A stretch of 64,000 bases of DNA from Flectonema sp. DT1601. Taxonomy: Eukaryota. Positions 35,108 through 46,900 of the stretch are shown here, one piece after another. Within the stretch, counting starts at the first letter, position 1, and each line of letters opens with the position of its first letter. Below the pieces are notes generated by a model. That model was given only the letters and a program-made list of their open reading frames with translations. It did not search any database and was not told the DNA's origin. The DNA lies in contig OZ025787.1 of NCBI GenBank assembly GCA_964019425.1, forward strand, positions 992,001-1,056,000, in the 5' to 3' direction. A program made the position numbers and the translations under genes.

Positions 35108-35845
35108 TTTCTTGAAAAAAAGGGGCGGGAAATGGGACTGAAAAGAGGGGGAAATGATGTGATTAAACTGAAACTACTTCTATCCTCACACTTCAATTGC
35201 GACGAAGAATCCTGGTTCCAAGTGAGCCACTTCTGGTAAGCAGGACTGGCGACGCAGGATGAACCGAGAGCTGACTTAAGGTGTCTGAGTGGTCGCTCAT
35301 CAGATCCCACAAAGGGTGTCGGTTCATCTAGACAACAGGACGGTGGCCATGGAAGTCGGCATCCGATAATGAGTGTGTAACAACTCACCTGCCGAATGAA
35401 CCGGTCCCGAAAATAGAAGGAATTGGTGAGAGCCTTTCTGGAGCTTGAGACTGAATAAAGAAAATAATTTAATTAAATAATAAAATAATTCACCGGGCGC
35501 CTCTGCAGTTGCTGATATGGCTAAGTACACGTAATATTACAACAGCCTCCGCAAATAAAAAACAGAAAAGAAAAAAACGAAAGAAAACGACTAGATTTTT
35601 TTTTTTTTTCGAACAATGCTGCCGTCCGTTTGATTATTTTGGCCTTTGCCCGAAAAAAAAAAAACGCCAAAAAAAAAAAGAAGAAGAAGAACAACAATTG
35701 CTTGAAGAGAGTGTTACAATAAAAAAAATTAAAAAAAACGTCTGATATCAACAAAAGAAGAATATACCGATTGTGAGTAGTATACAAGAAACGTGCTGAC
35801 TTGGAAGGAAGCAGAAAGACTGGTGTGTGTAACTAATGATTTAAA

Positions 35846-37699
35846 CTATGAGTTTGGTATCATTTGAATAGGAGAAGCACCAGGTGAAGGGAAATCTATT
35901 TCAGTCCTGTTGTCATCATTGCTGTGTAAAGACATGTCATCCCGCAATGGCTTTATAGGCGACGGGGTGTATTTTCGAGCACGTGAAAATGCTCTCCCCG
36001 GAGATGACGTGGCCGACACACAACTACGAGGTGATTGTGAGTGAGATCGAGAATGAGACTTTCTGTAATTGACAGAGTTCACTCTCATTTCTACAGCACC
36101 AAGTCGGAGATCCAACATAGAAAGTCCTTCTCGAAGTAGTTCAGCAGTTACAACTTGAGCAGTCGCAATTTCCTCAAATAATACAGGGCTGGTACTTTTT
36201 TTAAATTGTGGAACACCCGTCCGTCGTATTGACGGGGTCATCGGCACACTTTTACTTCTCACACTCACACTAGACACGTGTGATTCCCTATTGAAACTAC
36301 TAACGTGATTCCCTTGCAGTATCATAGGATGGAACGTACAATTTCTATCATTGTCGACATCCCTTGCAGACGGTTCCTGAGACACGTGAGTTTTCTTTAG
36401 TTTGTATAAGCGAACCCAGGGATCGTTTTCAACGTAGCTCGGTCCTCGTAAACTCGCTTCTTGCTCGACTATTTTTCTTACAAATCCTTGTTTATGACAT
36501 ATATGATCTTGACCTCTTTCATAAACGTCGGGTTCTCCAGTTGGTTTCCATATCTTTTTAGGCGGCGGTTGAAATTGTTCCTTTTCTTTTAAACGCGAAA
36601 GACGATCTTTCCTCTGAGACGCATCACAATACAATTCATTTATTCTACTCATCTCCGCTTGTTTTGTTTTCTTGGGAGTTGGTTTAGCTGGTTGCCGACG
36701 GGTTTTTATTTTTTCGGCGCCCTTAGAGCACCATTCTTCTATATGCCGTTGACGGGTTCTGGGTGTTGTTGGGGATTTATCATTTATGCAAGGAGAGAAT
36801 GTATAAGGAGAATAAGTTGACTGATAATTCTCACCACTTGAATACTGTGGATTTACTGGTGGAGGAGAGTTACTTTCTGACGGTACAGATTTCGATCTCG
36901 GAGAGGAGTCGCTGACAGCTTCTCTGTGCCTGCGAAGAGACTGCTCCCGTAGGGCTTGTTGCCATGAGTACTTGGATCCCCTTACTTTTCCAACACAAAA
37001 TTTAAAAGTTCTAACAGCCATATTCTCTGGTAATGAAAGTGGTAACCATTCCGTGGCCATACTTCTCGCTAAGTCAATAGTACTTAAAGCTTTTTGACTG
37101 TGACACTTTATCCAATCATCTTCACCAGGATTCTGAACTTCAGACGTATAACAATCCCACAAGACTGGATCCTTTGATGGGTCACAGAAAGCAGTTGACA
37201 GTAAGAAGGCAGAAATATGAACTGGAGCTTCAAAGCAGATTATCAGAGGAGCACATGCCGCATCACACCATCTTGTGTATGGTGAATTGTCTATTATGTT
37301 TGAAGGACATTCGTCTGGTGCGCAATCACCCCCCGGGTTTGTTATAATAGTTAGTTTTTGAGAAAGGTTTAGAACTCTATTGTTAGCTCCTTTAAATTGA
37401 ATTGATCCCAAGTGAACTGCTGGTAATCCGAAGGGTTCCCAATCGAATCCGTCAAGACGCTGTCTTTCTCCAAATTTTAGAATCTTTATAGTCTTTTTTG
37501 GTGGTTTCTTTTTAAACCGTCTCGTAGACTTTACCGTAGACGTTGTTTGACGAGCTCGTCGAGGTTGTAGTTCGTCGCTAGAAGTCAACGTTGAGAAAGA
37601 TGAACTGCTCGTTGTTATGGTACTTTCAGAATCCCAAACATCATCATATCGATAACACGAAGTAGACTGGCGGGTTGACAACCCCCATCGGGATTTCAT
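35846..37699 (-). CDS. Protein with galactose-binding-like (F5/8 type C/discoidin-like) domain and long disordered Ser/Pro/Arg-rich C-terminus
   Basis: NPGG..DECPSNIIDNSPYTRW..AFLLSTAFCDPSKDPVLW..S..W follows the E-x-P-x-N-x-x-D..T(K/R)W..TA.D...(R/K)DP..W pattern of that fold. Confidence 0.8.
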   Translation of the reverse strand: MKSRWGLSTRQSTSCYRYDDVWDSESTITTSSSSFSTLTSSDELQPRRARQTTSTVKSTRRFKKKPPKKTIKILKFGERQRLDGFDWEPFGLPAVHLGSIQFKGANNRVLNLSQKLTIITNPGGDCAPDECPSNIIDNSPYTRWCDAACAPLIICFEAPVHISAFLLSTAFCDPSKDPVLWDCYTSEVQNPGEDDWIKCHSQKALSTIDLARSMATEWLPLSLPENMAVRTFKFCVGKVRGSKYSWQQALREQSLRRHREAVSDSSPRSKSVPSESNSPPPVNPQYSSGENYQSTYSPYTFSPCINDKSPTTPRTRQRHIEEWCSKGAEKIKTRRQPAKPTPKKTKQAEMSRINELYCDASQRKDRLSRLKEKEQFQPPPKKIWKPTGEPDVYERGQDHICHKQGFVRKIVEQEASLRGPSYVENDPWVRLYKLKKTHVSQEPSARDVDNDRNCTFHPMILQGNHVSSFNRESHVSSVSVRSKSVPMTPSIRRTGVPQFKKSTSPVLFEEIATAQVVTAELLREGLSMLDLRLGAVEMRVNSVNYRKSHSRSHSQSPRSCVSATSSPGRAFSRARKYTPSPIKPLRDDMSLHSNDDNRTEIDFPSPGASPIQMIPNS

Positions 37700-38071
37700 G
37701 AAGGTCTGTCAACAATGAATTTAAACACGAATTAAACACGACCAGATATTTACATAACTTCCTTAAAAACTTGACCAGTCATCATGTGATCTTCTCAGCT
37801 GTTAAAAGAATAAATTGTAAACTACCCCAGGTGGTGGTAAAAGTACTCACTTTTTCAATATTTTTTGATATTCTGATCGTAAATATATTTTCCTTTTTAC
37901 AAAAAACAGTAGTCTCAAATGACCACTCACAATGTAATAAAAAGATAACCACAATAAAAATGGTTTCCTAACTGACTTACGACTGCCAGTAGCAGTACTT
38001 GGAAAGGTTCATCTTCCACTTTCAACGTTAACAAACTCCGTAACAAATTCACTTACTGAACAACGATAGCT

Positions 38072-38329
38072 CTATACAGGTTTTGTGTCTGCGAGACCAA
38101 ACGGCACTGCAGGCACAGCACTTTTCTCATTTCCTTTTCTACTCTTCTGCTTCAGTCCTGATGCTCTTAAGATTCTGCCTCCAAACATGTGTTCCTTCAG
38201 CCAAGCAGCTTCCTCAACCCTATCACTTTGGATTAATAAAGCTGTTTTTTCATTTTTCTTATTCAAGGCGACAACTTCTAAGTTGTGTGGTTGCGGCGCC
38301 TTTGTTTTTAGAGGATTCGATTTTCCCAT
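38072..38329 (-). CDS. Small basic hypothetical protein (85 aa)
   Basis: ATG-initiated, on the cluster strand, protein-like composition within non-coding flanks. Confidence 0.65.
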   Translation of the reverse strand: MGKSNPLKTKAPQPHNLEVVALNKKNEKTALLIQSDRVEEAAWLKEHMFGGRILRASGLKQKSRKGNEKSAVPAVPFGLADTKPV

Positions 38330-40107
38330 TTTTTTTTTTTTTTTTTTGCTGAATTAATTTATTTGCTGAGTTGTGAATAAGGAATACTGACGAAGTTAAA
38401 TTAACATACATACACAGCTGGTCTACTTTTTTTTTTTTTTTTCTATTTGGCTTTTCGTTTCTCTTTTTTTTTTTTTTTTTTTTTCCTCAGCATAGCTAAG
38501 GGTGGAGCTGGCGCAGAACTTATGAATCAGATGTTGAATTATTGAGCTTACAGTTTTGTGATGCAATGCAACGCTAGCGCTCAAACATGCAACGCCGTTA
38601 GTGTAGTTGTTAGACGTTGAAAAACAAAATAATTTTTTTTTTTTTTTTTTTTTTTTTTCCCCATCTCGAAACACATGTTTTGCGAGCGAAAGAGAATTGC
38701 GGCACCTTTGCTTTATTGGTTTGTTTCCAGTTGGGCACAAACAAAAACAAAGTGTGAGAATTATTCAGTGAGGTGCCGATTTTTTTTTTTTTTTTCTCAG
38801 ATCGGTTTACTCATGGCTGCTATCGCTTTATAAATCTTCCTTTGGAATAGGGGGTTTTAATATTAAGGCCGCGATCGAAAAAAAAGAAAAACCAGAAGTC
38901 GATTAAGGTTGCTTCCGACATTTTCAGATGACAGTCAAACGCGATGTAAGTAAATATGTATCACGCAACCATGAACCGACGTTAGTAGCACACGTAAAGC
39001 AGGTTTATGTGCGCTACTAACGTTCTCTTTACCTCAATAAGGTTTTCAATTGTAAATAAGAAATAAATAATATTATAAAAATTAAAAGGATTTTCCACGT
39101 ACTTTATTTTATTTTATTTTATTTTTTATATTTCATAATTTTACTAAATGACAGGAGTCAGCTCTTCAATTTAAATCGAAAAAGTTAACTATTAGTAATT
39201 TACGAGACAGTAGAGAGGTAATGTTAGTATGGGTAAACACACTGCAAAACGTCAAAGGGGGAAAAAAAAAAAAAAGTCGATTTATACATTCGTTCGTAAA
39301 GTCTGGATAAGAGACACGAGAGAGGGAGAGTTCGTAAAAAATTAAGTAATTTCTTAATCAAATCGTAAACAGGCGCAACTACAAATGTCTTTTCAACGGT
39401 TTTCCTATTTCTTTTAATTTCCGAGCTCACAGAAAAAAGAAAAACTATTTTAAAAAAAAAGAGAGAAATACAGATGGATATGCCAAATCTTATCATCAGC
39501 GCGATGCCGCAGAGGGAATCGAACTTGGCATCCGATTGGAATGCGGCGTGCATGCACGCTTTAAACCAACCGATTCTAAGTTATAATAGTGAAAGTGTAC
39601 AGCAAAAGAAAGTTAGCAACTCTCAGGTTAATTACGTCACATGGTCCGTCATGACACGCCACACAAAAGTTTTATACTCGTATAATTGTATTATTTTATT
39701 TATTTATTTTTATCACTGTCTTCCGTTGTTCTTGTTCACATTATGAGGGAAATAAAACTATCGACAAACATGTAGGAACGTTTACTGCAGAAAAGTGTAC
39801 GCCCTCAACTAAAGTACTTTAAAAAGGAATACTGCAAGTTGCCTGCGTTTGATCAGCTGCGAAGGAAACAAGGCGAAGCGTGAATTTTAATTTATTTTTA
39901 TTTTTATCTGCAAACATTTGCGAACGATAATTTAATTGAAGAACTAATATAAAGAATCGTTTAAAAAAAAAAAAAAGGGAAAGGGAAAGGGAAAGGAAAG
40001 GAAAGAAATAAGTTGGATACTTCTCTCAGTTTCACAACTGATGTCCTCTACGAATGATGAAGTTCGAGAAGGTTAGAAAACCATAAACAGAACAACAACT
40101 AGACTCC

Positions 40108-41715
40108 TTACTTGGTATCTCTTAATAGTCTGCGAAGGATCTTCCCACTGGCTGACTTTGGGATGGCATCAATGAAAGTAACCTTCGCGATTCTTTTATA
40201 TTCGGTTACCTTACCATCGAGGTAGTGTTTAATGTCTTCACCCGTCGCCTCAGTATCTTTCTTCAATACAATGTATGCGTGAGGAAGTTCTGTCGCACGC
40301 TCATCCTTCATTGAGACAACTGCGCAATCAGCCACAGCTGGGTGGGTTAGGAGGATGCCCTCAAGTTCAGCAGGAGCTACTTGAAATCCTTTTACTTTTA
40401 TTAGTTCTTTGATTCTGTCTACGACGAAATAGTTTTCATTGGCGTCGTATTCGAAGATGTCACCAGTCTTTAACCATTCACCATCCATTGTTGAATCAGT
40501 CGCTTCTTTGTTATTAAAGTATCCCTTCATTACTTGAGGTCCTCGGACGTATAATTCTCCTGGTGAGTTGGGACCACATTCCTTTCCAGTATCGATGTCG
40601 ACTAGTTTTAGGTCTGTGGCTGGTAGGGCTTTTCCACATGATCCGAAAACAATATCTTCTTTTGACCCCTCGACCATCTTCTTAGAAGGCTGGACTGTTG
40701 CCGCAGGTGATAATTCAGTCATTCCGTAAGCCTGCAATACGTCGATGCCCAAGTCATTTGTTACATTACATTGGAGTTCTGCATCACAAGGTGCCGCAGC
40801 TGTGTAAAGAGTTTTCAATGAAGACAAATCATAATTCTTAACAACAGGTGATTTAGATAAGAAAATCATAATTGGAGGTACGACAGGACAACAAGTAATC
40901 TTCTCGTCTTGAATTGTCGATAAGAAGAGTTCGGGTTCGAACTTTGGAATGGTTACGACCTTAGACCCCAATGCTAAAGGACAAAACCCATTGACAACCA
41001 TTGCATAAATATGAAAGAGAGGAAGAACACACAACACGTTTGTATCCTCAAACATGTTTAAGCGGACATCTTTATCAGGGCAATCAATTAACTGAACTAC
41101 ATTCGCTACTAAATTATAATGTGTAAGCATCACTCCTTTAGGAAGACCTGTTGTTCCACTACTGTAAGGAAGTACAGCAACATCATCATCACTGTTTATT
41201 GGGAATTCTGGTTCTATTATTCCCGTTGATGAATTAATACCAAATGGTTCAGTACCGGCTTCACCCAATACTTTTACTCGGCTTGCTGAAATATTGCAAC
41301 GAGCAGCTGCTTCTAAGGCTGTTTCTTTCAGTGCAGGAATAGTTAAAATAGTATCCGCCTGAGAGTTTTTAACCTGATGAGTTAACTCATCAGCAGTGTA
41401 AGTTGGGTTTGCAGTAGAGACGACGATTCCCTTTGACATCGCACCTAACATCGATATAATAAACTCCGGACAGTTAGGTACTAATAATAGAAGAGTCTTG
41501 CATTCATCCATCTCAAGGGCTTTACCTGCTTCTGATAGACTCGGTCTCAATCTGTCATATGTAACTTCACGGCCTGTTAATCCATCTTTAATAGCTATCT
41601 CTCCAACTCTTGTTTCCCACTTGCCACGTTCTTCTAAAAATGAAGGCAGGCTCATCTTTGGAATGGAAATATCAGCTCCTCTGGTAATACATCTGCGAGA
41701 GACGTTTCTTAACAT
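40108..41715 (-). CDS. 4-coumarate-CoA ligase-like / luciferase-like acyl-CoA synthetase (ANL superfamily)
   Basis: AMP-binding motif LPYSSGTTGLPKGVMLTH, plus LPLFHIY, QAYGMTE, GELYVRGPQVMKGY, WLKTGD, VDRIKELIKVKGFQVAPAELE and IPKSASGKILRR. Confidence 0.95.
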   Translation of the reverse strand: MLRNVSRRCITRGADISIPKMSLPSFLEERGKWETRVGEIAIKDGLTGREVTYDRLRPSLSEAGKALEMDECKTLLLLVPNCPEFIISMLGAMSKGIVVSTANPTYTADELTHQVKNSQADTILTIPALKETALEAAARCNISASRVKVLGEAGTEPFGINSSTGIIEPEFPINSDDDVAVLPYSSGTTGLPKGVMLTHYNLVANVVQLIDCPDKDVRLNMFEDTNVLCVLPLFHIYAMVVNGFCPLALGSKVVTIPKFEPELFLSTIQDEKITCCPVVPPIMIFLSKSPVVKNYDLSSLKTLYTAAAPCDAELQCNVTNDLGIDVLQAYGMTELSPAATVQPSKKMVEGSKEDIVFGSCGKALPATDLKLVDIDTGKECGPNSPGELYVRGPQVMKGYFNNKEATDSTMDGEWLKTGDIFEYDANENYFVVDRIKELIKVKGFQVAPAELEGILLTHPAVADCAVVSMKDERATELPHAYIVLKKDTEATGEDIKHYLDGKVTEYKRIAKVTFIDAIPKSASGKILRRLLRDTK

Positions 41716-42098
41716 TTGAAAGGAGGGGGAGGGTTGTCGCAGTGTAAAGCAATCTCCTAGAGATGTGAATTATTATTATGATTGACAATGAATAAGTAAA
41801 AATAAAAATAAATAAGCTGAAGATCCCCATCAATCTACACAACTCTCATCTACTTCCAATAGCAGTGTTTGAGTGTGAGTTTGTGTGTTCATTAATAGTT
41901 TGCTGATAGAAGATTTATTACTAAAAAACTTGTTGTAATACAAAGCGCAACAAAAAAACATGCTGAGCTGGGTATACCTGCTCCCAGTTGATTTAATCCG
42001 AGACGACTAATGTGTGCCTCCAAGTCGGAGACATTTATTTTCAAATGCATCACTGCAGGAATCTGTGAATGTACAACTTACCAAGGTGATAATAAGAT

Positions 42099-42401
42099 TT
42101 ATCTCAGTCCTCCCAAATCATTATTTAATAACCATTCACCTTTTTCAAACATACAACGTTGCATGTCTAGTCTATCTTCTGCTAATCTTGACGTCACAGT
42201 AAATTCAAAGCGGAGAGATCTACGAAACCAGTCCTTGTCAGTCCAGACTAGTTGTTGCTCAGCTTTCTTTAATAGTTTTCGATACAATAGAATAGCATCT
42301 GCTTCTCCTGGGGGTGGACGCCTACTTAAATCAAGTCGAGGCTTAAGAAACTGAGCTGTGTCATAGTCGTGGATAAGACGGAGGACTGAAGATGGTCTCA
42401 T
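42099..42401 (-). CDS. LYR-motif protein, L0R8F8/AltMiD51 (MIEF1 microprotein)-like mitoribosome assembly factor
   Basis: LLYRKLLK..QLVWTDKDWFRRSLRFEF..FEKGEWLLNNDLGGL parallels the recalled human L0R8F8 pattern LYRALLR..QLRYTDRDFY..IRREF..LEKG..FLNGKLG. Confidence 0.8.
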   Translation of the reverse strand: MRPSSVLRLIHDYDTAQFLKPRLDLSRRPPPGEADAILLYRKLLKKAEQQLVWTDKDWFRRSLRFEFTVTSRLAEDRLDMQRCMFEKGEWLLNNDLGGLR

Positions 42402-42658
42402 TTTTTTCCTGTTTTATTTATTTTTTTTTTTGTCATGCCTACCAACGATTGATAGTAAGCAGTACACAATTCATACTTTGGAGATTGATGTTCGTATATC
42501 TCAGCTCTTCCGGCAGGGTTAATTTTTCTACCTATTCCGTCACCACCAGCTCTATTTACACGTCCACCCTTTCCCTGAGCATAATAACTCGGTGAAGAAC
42601 CCATCGTACTTGAACTACTACTATGAACTCGACATGCGTAAGTTGTTCTACGAATCAT
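42398..42658 (-). CDS. Short ORF (86 aa) with mitochondrial-presequence-like start; possibly the 5' part of the LYR gene
   Basis: Begins MIRRTTYACRVHSSSS. Its TGA overlaps the LYR ATG (ATGA) at an A7 run. Confidence 0.55.
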   Translation of the reverse strand: MIRRTTYACRVHSSSSSTMGSSPSYYAQGKGGRVNRAGGDGIGRKINPAGRAEIYEHQSPKYELCTAYYQSLVGMTKKKINKTGKK

Positions 42659-43962
42659 ATTTAGTCTTTATTCTGATTTTAATAAATAAACACCACTAAT
42701 GAAATGCTCCACTAAGACGTTATCACTCACATCGTAATATGTGATATTTATATAGTCTGTGCGGGTGATGACAAACGACATAAAGAAAAGTAAAACTGCT
42801 CGAGAGCTTCTTTCTTCAGTCTCTATTTCTCATATTTGAGTGTTGCTGAAGGAAACAGAAATTAAATTAAGAATGTCTTTACCAATTTATGTCAAATACG
42901 TCAGTAACGTGGAAGAGAAAAGTAAACGCAAGGATACAAAATTGGATGAGAGCAAGAAAAAGGGAACGGCACTAAAACGCCCCATCCCAGAATTTTACAA
43001 AACCCAAAATCTGTAATTTATTTATTCAATAAGAAATTATTTTTTATTTTTTTTTCCTTTTTCTGTTATATATAGGCAACGGCGATAAGGTCATCCGTCG
43101 CTCCTCACTCAGATACCAACTACTGTAAAAACAACTTGATATGCCTGCTTCAGTTCAGTCTCCTCCTTCTTTCCCAAAGCTGAATTAGCATAACAAGAGC
43201 TTCTTCAGAAAATGGATACACAACTACTACTGGCCATTGAACGTACAACACACCGCGCTGTTATTGCGGTAATATTTAGCGCAATGTTGTGAAGCCATAA
43301 ATTGTCATACAGAAACAGCTTCAACAGCAACAGAGAAGTTCCCAGTGCCACAAGGCAGTGGTGGGTTCGAATGATTTCGATTTTTTTTATTTGCAATCTC
43401 AGGCAGTCAGAATACTCCCGTTTGGGAACTATTTGGGAGGGAGGAGCAGGTCAGGCCGCAAGCTGCCGAATTTCAATACGGAAACAAGAAAAAAAAAAGA
43501 AAATCGCAATACTCGGCCCCAAGCAGTGAACAAAACTCCCAACGTAGTAGTATTGCGCTAACCAGAACATAAAGTACTAAACTAACAGGAAAGGACAGAC
43601 AGATGTTTTTTTTTTTTTTTTTTTCCCCTCCTTTTCTCTTACGATTGCCCCAATGCCTCCCATAAAAAAAAAGAAAGAAAAGAATTATCTTCACTAGAAA
43701 ACACAAATCTTTTTTTTTTTTTTTTTGTATTTGAAAGAACAGCAAAGTCCACATCAACAAGAATGGATTGCGTTGTTATTTCGGTATTTGAAAAAAAAAA
43801 AAAAAAAAAAAAAGATTCATTTAATAACAGTTGCTACTATGGGACAGATCAAGGAGTCTCCAACAGCTTATGATTGTTGCCAATTATGTTCGACCATCTT
43901 CAAACATAAAATGTATAAGACAATACGGTGTATACTTTTAATTGGTTTGTACGAATAATAAT

Positions 43963-46900
43963 TTATTCAATAGTTTTGATATTCATGAGGTGCCGTTCTT
44001 CTACCATACGAGCTTCTTCAGAGTTTGGTAAAGTCGACTCGTCGTCGTCAGAATCTGACGCCATAGATGACTTTTCCGAAGTCAAATCGATATCTGTTCT
44101 GTATTTTATAATGTGCTGAGCAAACGCCATTCCCATTATTGTAGTAGCTGCTATGACACAAAATAATATCGCGTACCATGTTCGATTCTCTAAGTTACTT
44201 CTACGAACACCTGGAACATCAGTAGCATATGGAGCTAGGGTGTCAGCATTCGTTCTGACGCTGTAGGTGAATAATCTGAAATTGCTGCTGACTTTGAATG
44301 AGTTAATCGAACCTGTTGATTCTATTGTCGATTCGAGAGCTTGTAAGAAACTTGTCGTAACTGAAAACTTCGAATCCTCACCAGTCAAGGGTAAGTTTAC
44401 TAACATAAAATGAATATAAACACTAGTCATGTTGATGTGTGCTGGTAAATGGTCAAACCAAGCAACATTTACATTACCAAGTTGACGACAGTTTTGAGCG
44501 TCATCTCCTGGAGGAAATGGGATTGTGTCATTACGTGGAAGTTTTAATTGATTAAATGTAGAGCAGATCTTTAATACTTTGATATTGTTGACGCTACCTA
44601 ACCCTCGTTGATCATTCAAGACTTGTGCTAAACTGACACGTAACATACTAACGTCTACTGTCTCAGGAATGTATAGTTCTGTACGAAGAACAACAACAGT
44701 ATTGATATATCTATCGTCATACTGTGATCCCAGTGTTATATTCGATTCTGGTCTTGGTGTTTGCTGATAAGTTGGAGGTGATCTCGTCGGACCCACAACA
44801 GTAATAGGAATCGGCGTATCAGCAGTAGCAGTCCAAACTGGAGCGTTTGCTGCATCATCTCTCTCTATTCTAGCTTCTAATGTAAATGGGTTAGTCACCG
44901 GTAGTACTGGAGGGTAATCTAGTCTCGGATGGTTCCATTCAAGGACATCTATTTCATAGAAGGTGATCTCTGTTTATTTATTTTATTTATGTTTGTGTTG
45001 TTTTGTCTATTATCAATAATAAATATAACACATACGATCTCTTTGAACTACGTTACTCCTTCCTGTTACGATCATCATATCGAGGGACATCTCTGCCGTG
45101 GCGAGGGCGATATCAATCTTGAAAAAGTACTCGTACACGGATCTAGTTTCTGTATTGAAGTGTGTTGTGTGTTGTGTTTTTAAAATCCTTCATCGAATTA
45201 AAGCATTACCCCCCCGATTTCCCCTTCCCCAAAAAAACTTTTTCTCAATTTTTTTTTTTGTATACCGGAAGACATTAGTGGGTTTCACAAAACATAATTC
45301 CCACACACCCCAAGCCTTTTGAAATAAACATAATGAAAGAAGACCGATGAACAACACAAGTTAATATAACGTGTTTAGACTACATTTAATAAAAATAAAT
45401 ATGTTTACAGTATCAGAGTTAACTAAAATAAACGTTAGTTATAATACAGCTGACTAGAGGGGGTGAATATGAGGATTTAAAAACCAAATTCGCAACTGAA
45501 TTAATAAGTTTTCTGGCTGTATGTTTAAACGGAAAATGACATCTCCGAACAAAGAACTGTGAGAGGAAGGGAGAAAGAAAAAAAAAAAAACAAGCGAACC
45601 TCACTGGAGAAGGCTCGGGTATATAAGGTAGGGTACTTCCAGCTTAGTATAGCTGGATAACTTTAAAAGAATTTTTCTTCCTTTGAATGAACTAATTATA
45701 AAATACAGTATCCTCCACACGCCACGGGCATACTACCGAGACAGATGTGGTAACGCCCTGACAAGGGAGGTTCCTTGACATTTACTTTAAAAACGTTTGG
45801 AAATTACTTTTTTTTTTTTTAATGTCCACTCAATTGTCATCTTTTTCTTTTTCTTTTTTTTTTTTTTTTCTTCTTTTACAGTTCATTCATTGTATTTCTC
45901 ATACTCAACCTAAGCAGAGAAAATGTACCACCGCAGCGAATTCTTAGTAGGAGTCCAGCCGCAAAGTTGCACATCCGAGGAAAACAAAGTGAACCGAACG
46001 CAAAATACAAAAACAACAAATAGAAGCGCACTCTTCAATATTTTTCTTTTTTTTTTTTTTTTTTTTTTTTTTCCTCTTTAAGAAACAGTATGATGTGAAG
46101 TTGGATACAAATTTTAGATTTTACCAATTTTCTGAAGTGCTGCTCGAGCTCCTTCAAAACTCTCTTTAAATGCTGGTATCTGGTGCATCCTGTAAATGTA
46201 AGCAACAAGATTCGGATGGTGTTCACTAGACAGAACATTTCCAGGCATGAAAAGAAGCTGATCAACTTCAGGAACGACAAGAAAGTCTCCAATACTCATT
46301 TGATAACCAGCAATGTATGGGTACTTTTTAAGTCGGGTCTCAAGGGAGTTTAGTGTCTTTGTGAGGACTTCCTTCCCAGAATCCTGCATTCCGGGTCCAC
46401 CAAAGATGAATTTTAAAAAGTAATCAGTACTAAGTTTTCTAACACCAGATAAATGAAATCCACAGTACTCATCAAGAAGAGCTGCTTCCTTGGGATTTTT
46501 TGGTACAAATCCAGTGTTGCGCTCGCTGTCCAGATATTTTAATATTGCCAGCGACTCAGACAGTGATTCAGGTTGATCAGCCATAACTAAAGCAGGTACC
46601 TGTCCTGACGGATTAATTCTCATTAACTCTGGACTCTTGTGCTCTTTGTTAAAGAGATCGACAGGTTGTAATTGAATTCCGCTGAGACGTTTCATTTTGA
46701 TGTAAGTTTCAATGGAACGACAAGGCTGAGATACTGGATGTGTTAGTAATCTATGTTCAGTAAATCGTCTTGGAGAACCATTACTAGAAGGAGATGAATA
46801 AATTCCATTATACGATGTTTGTACTGGTGGAGGTACCGCAACATTTACAGTACTCAAAGATGGTCCCATTCTATAACTTCTGTATGGGGACCTCTCTTGA

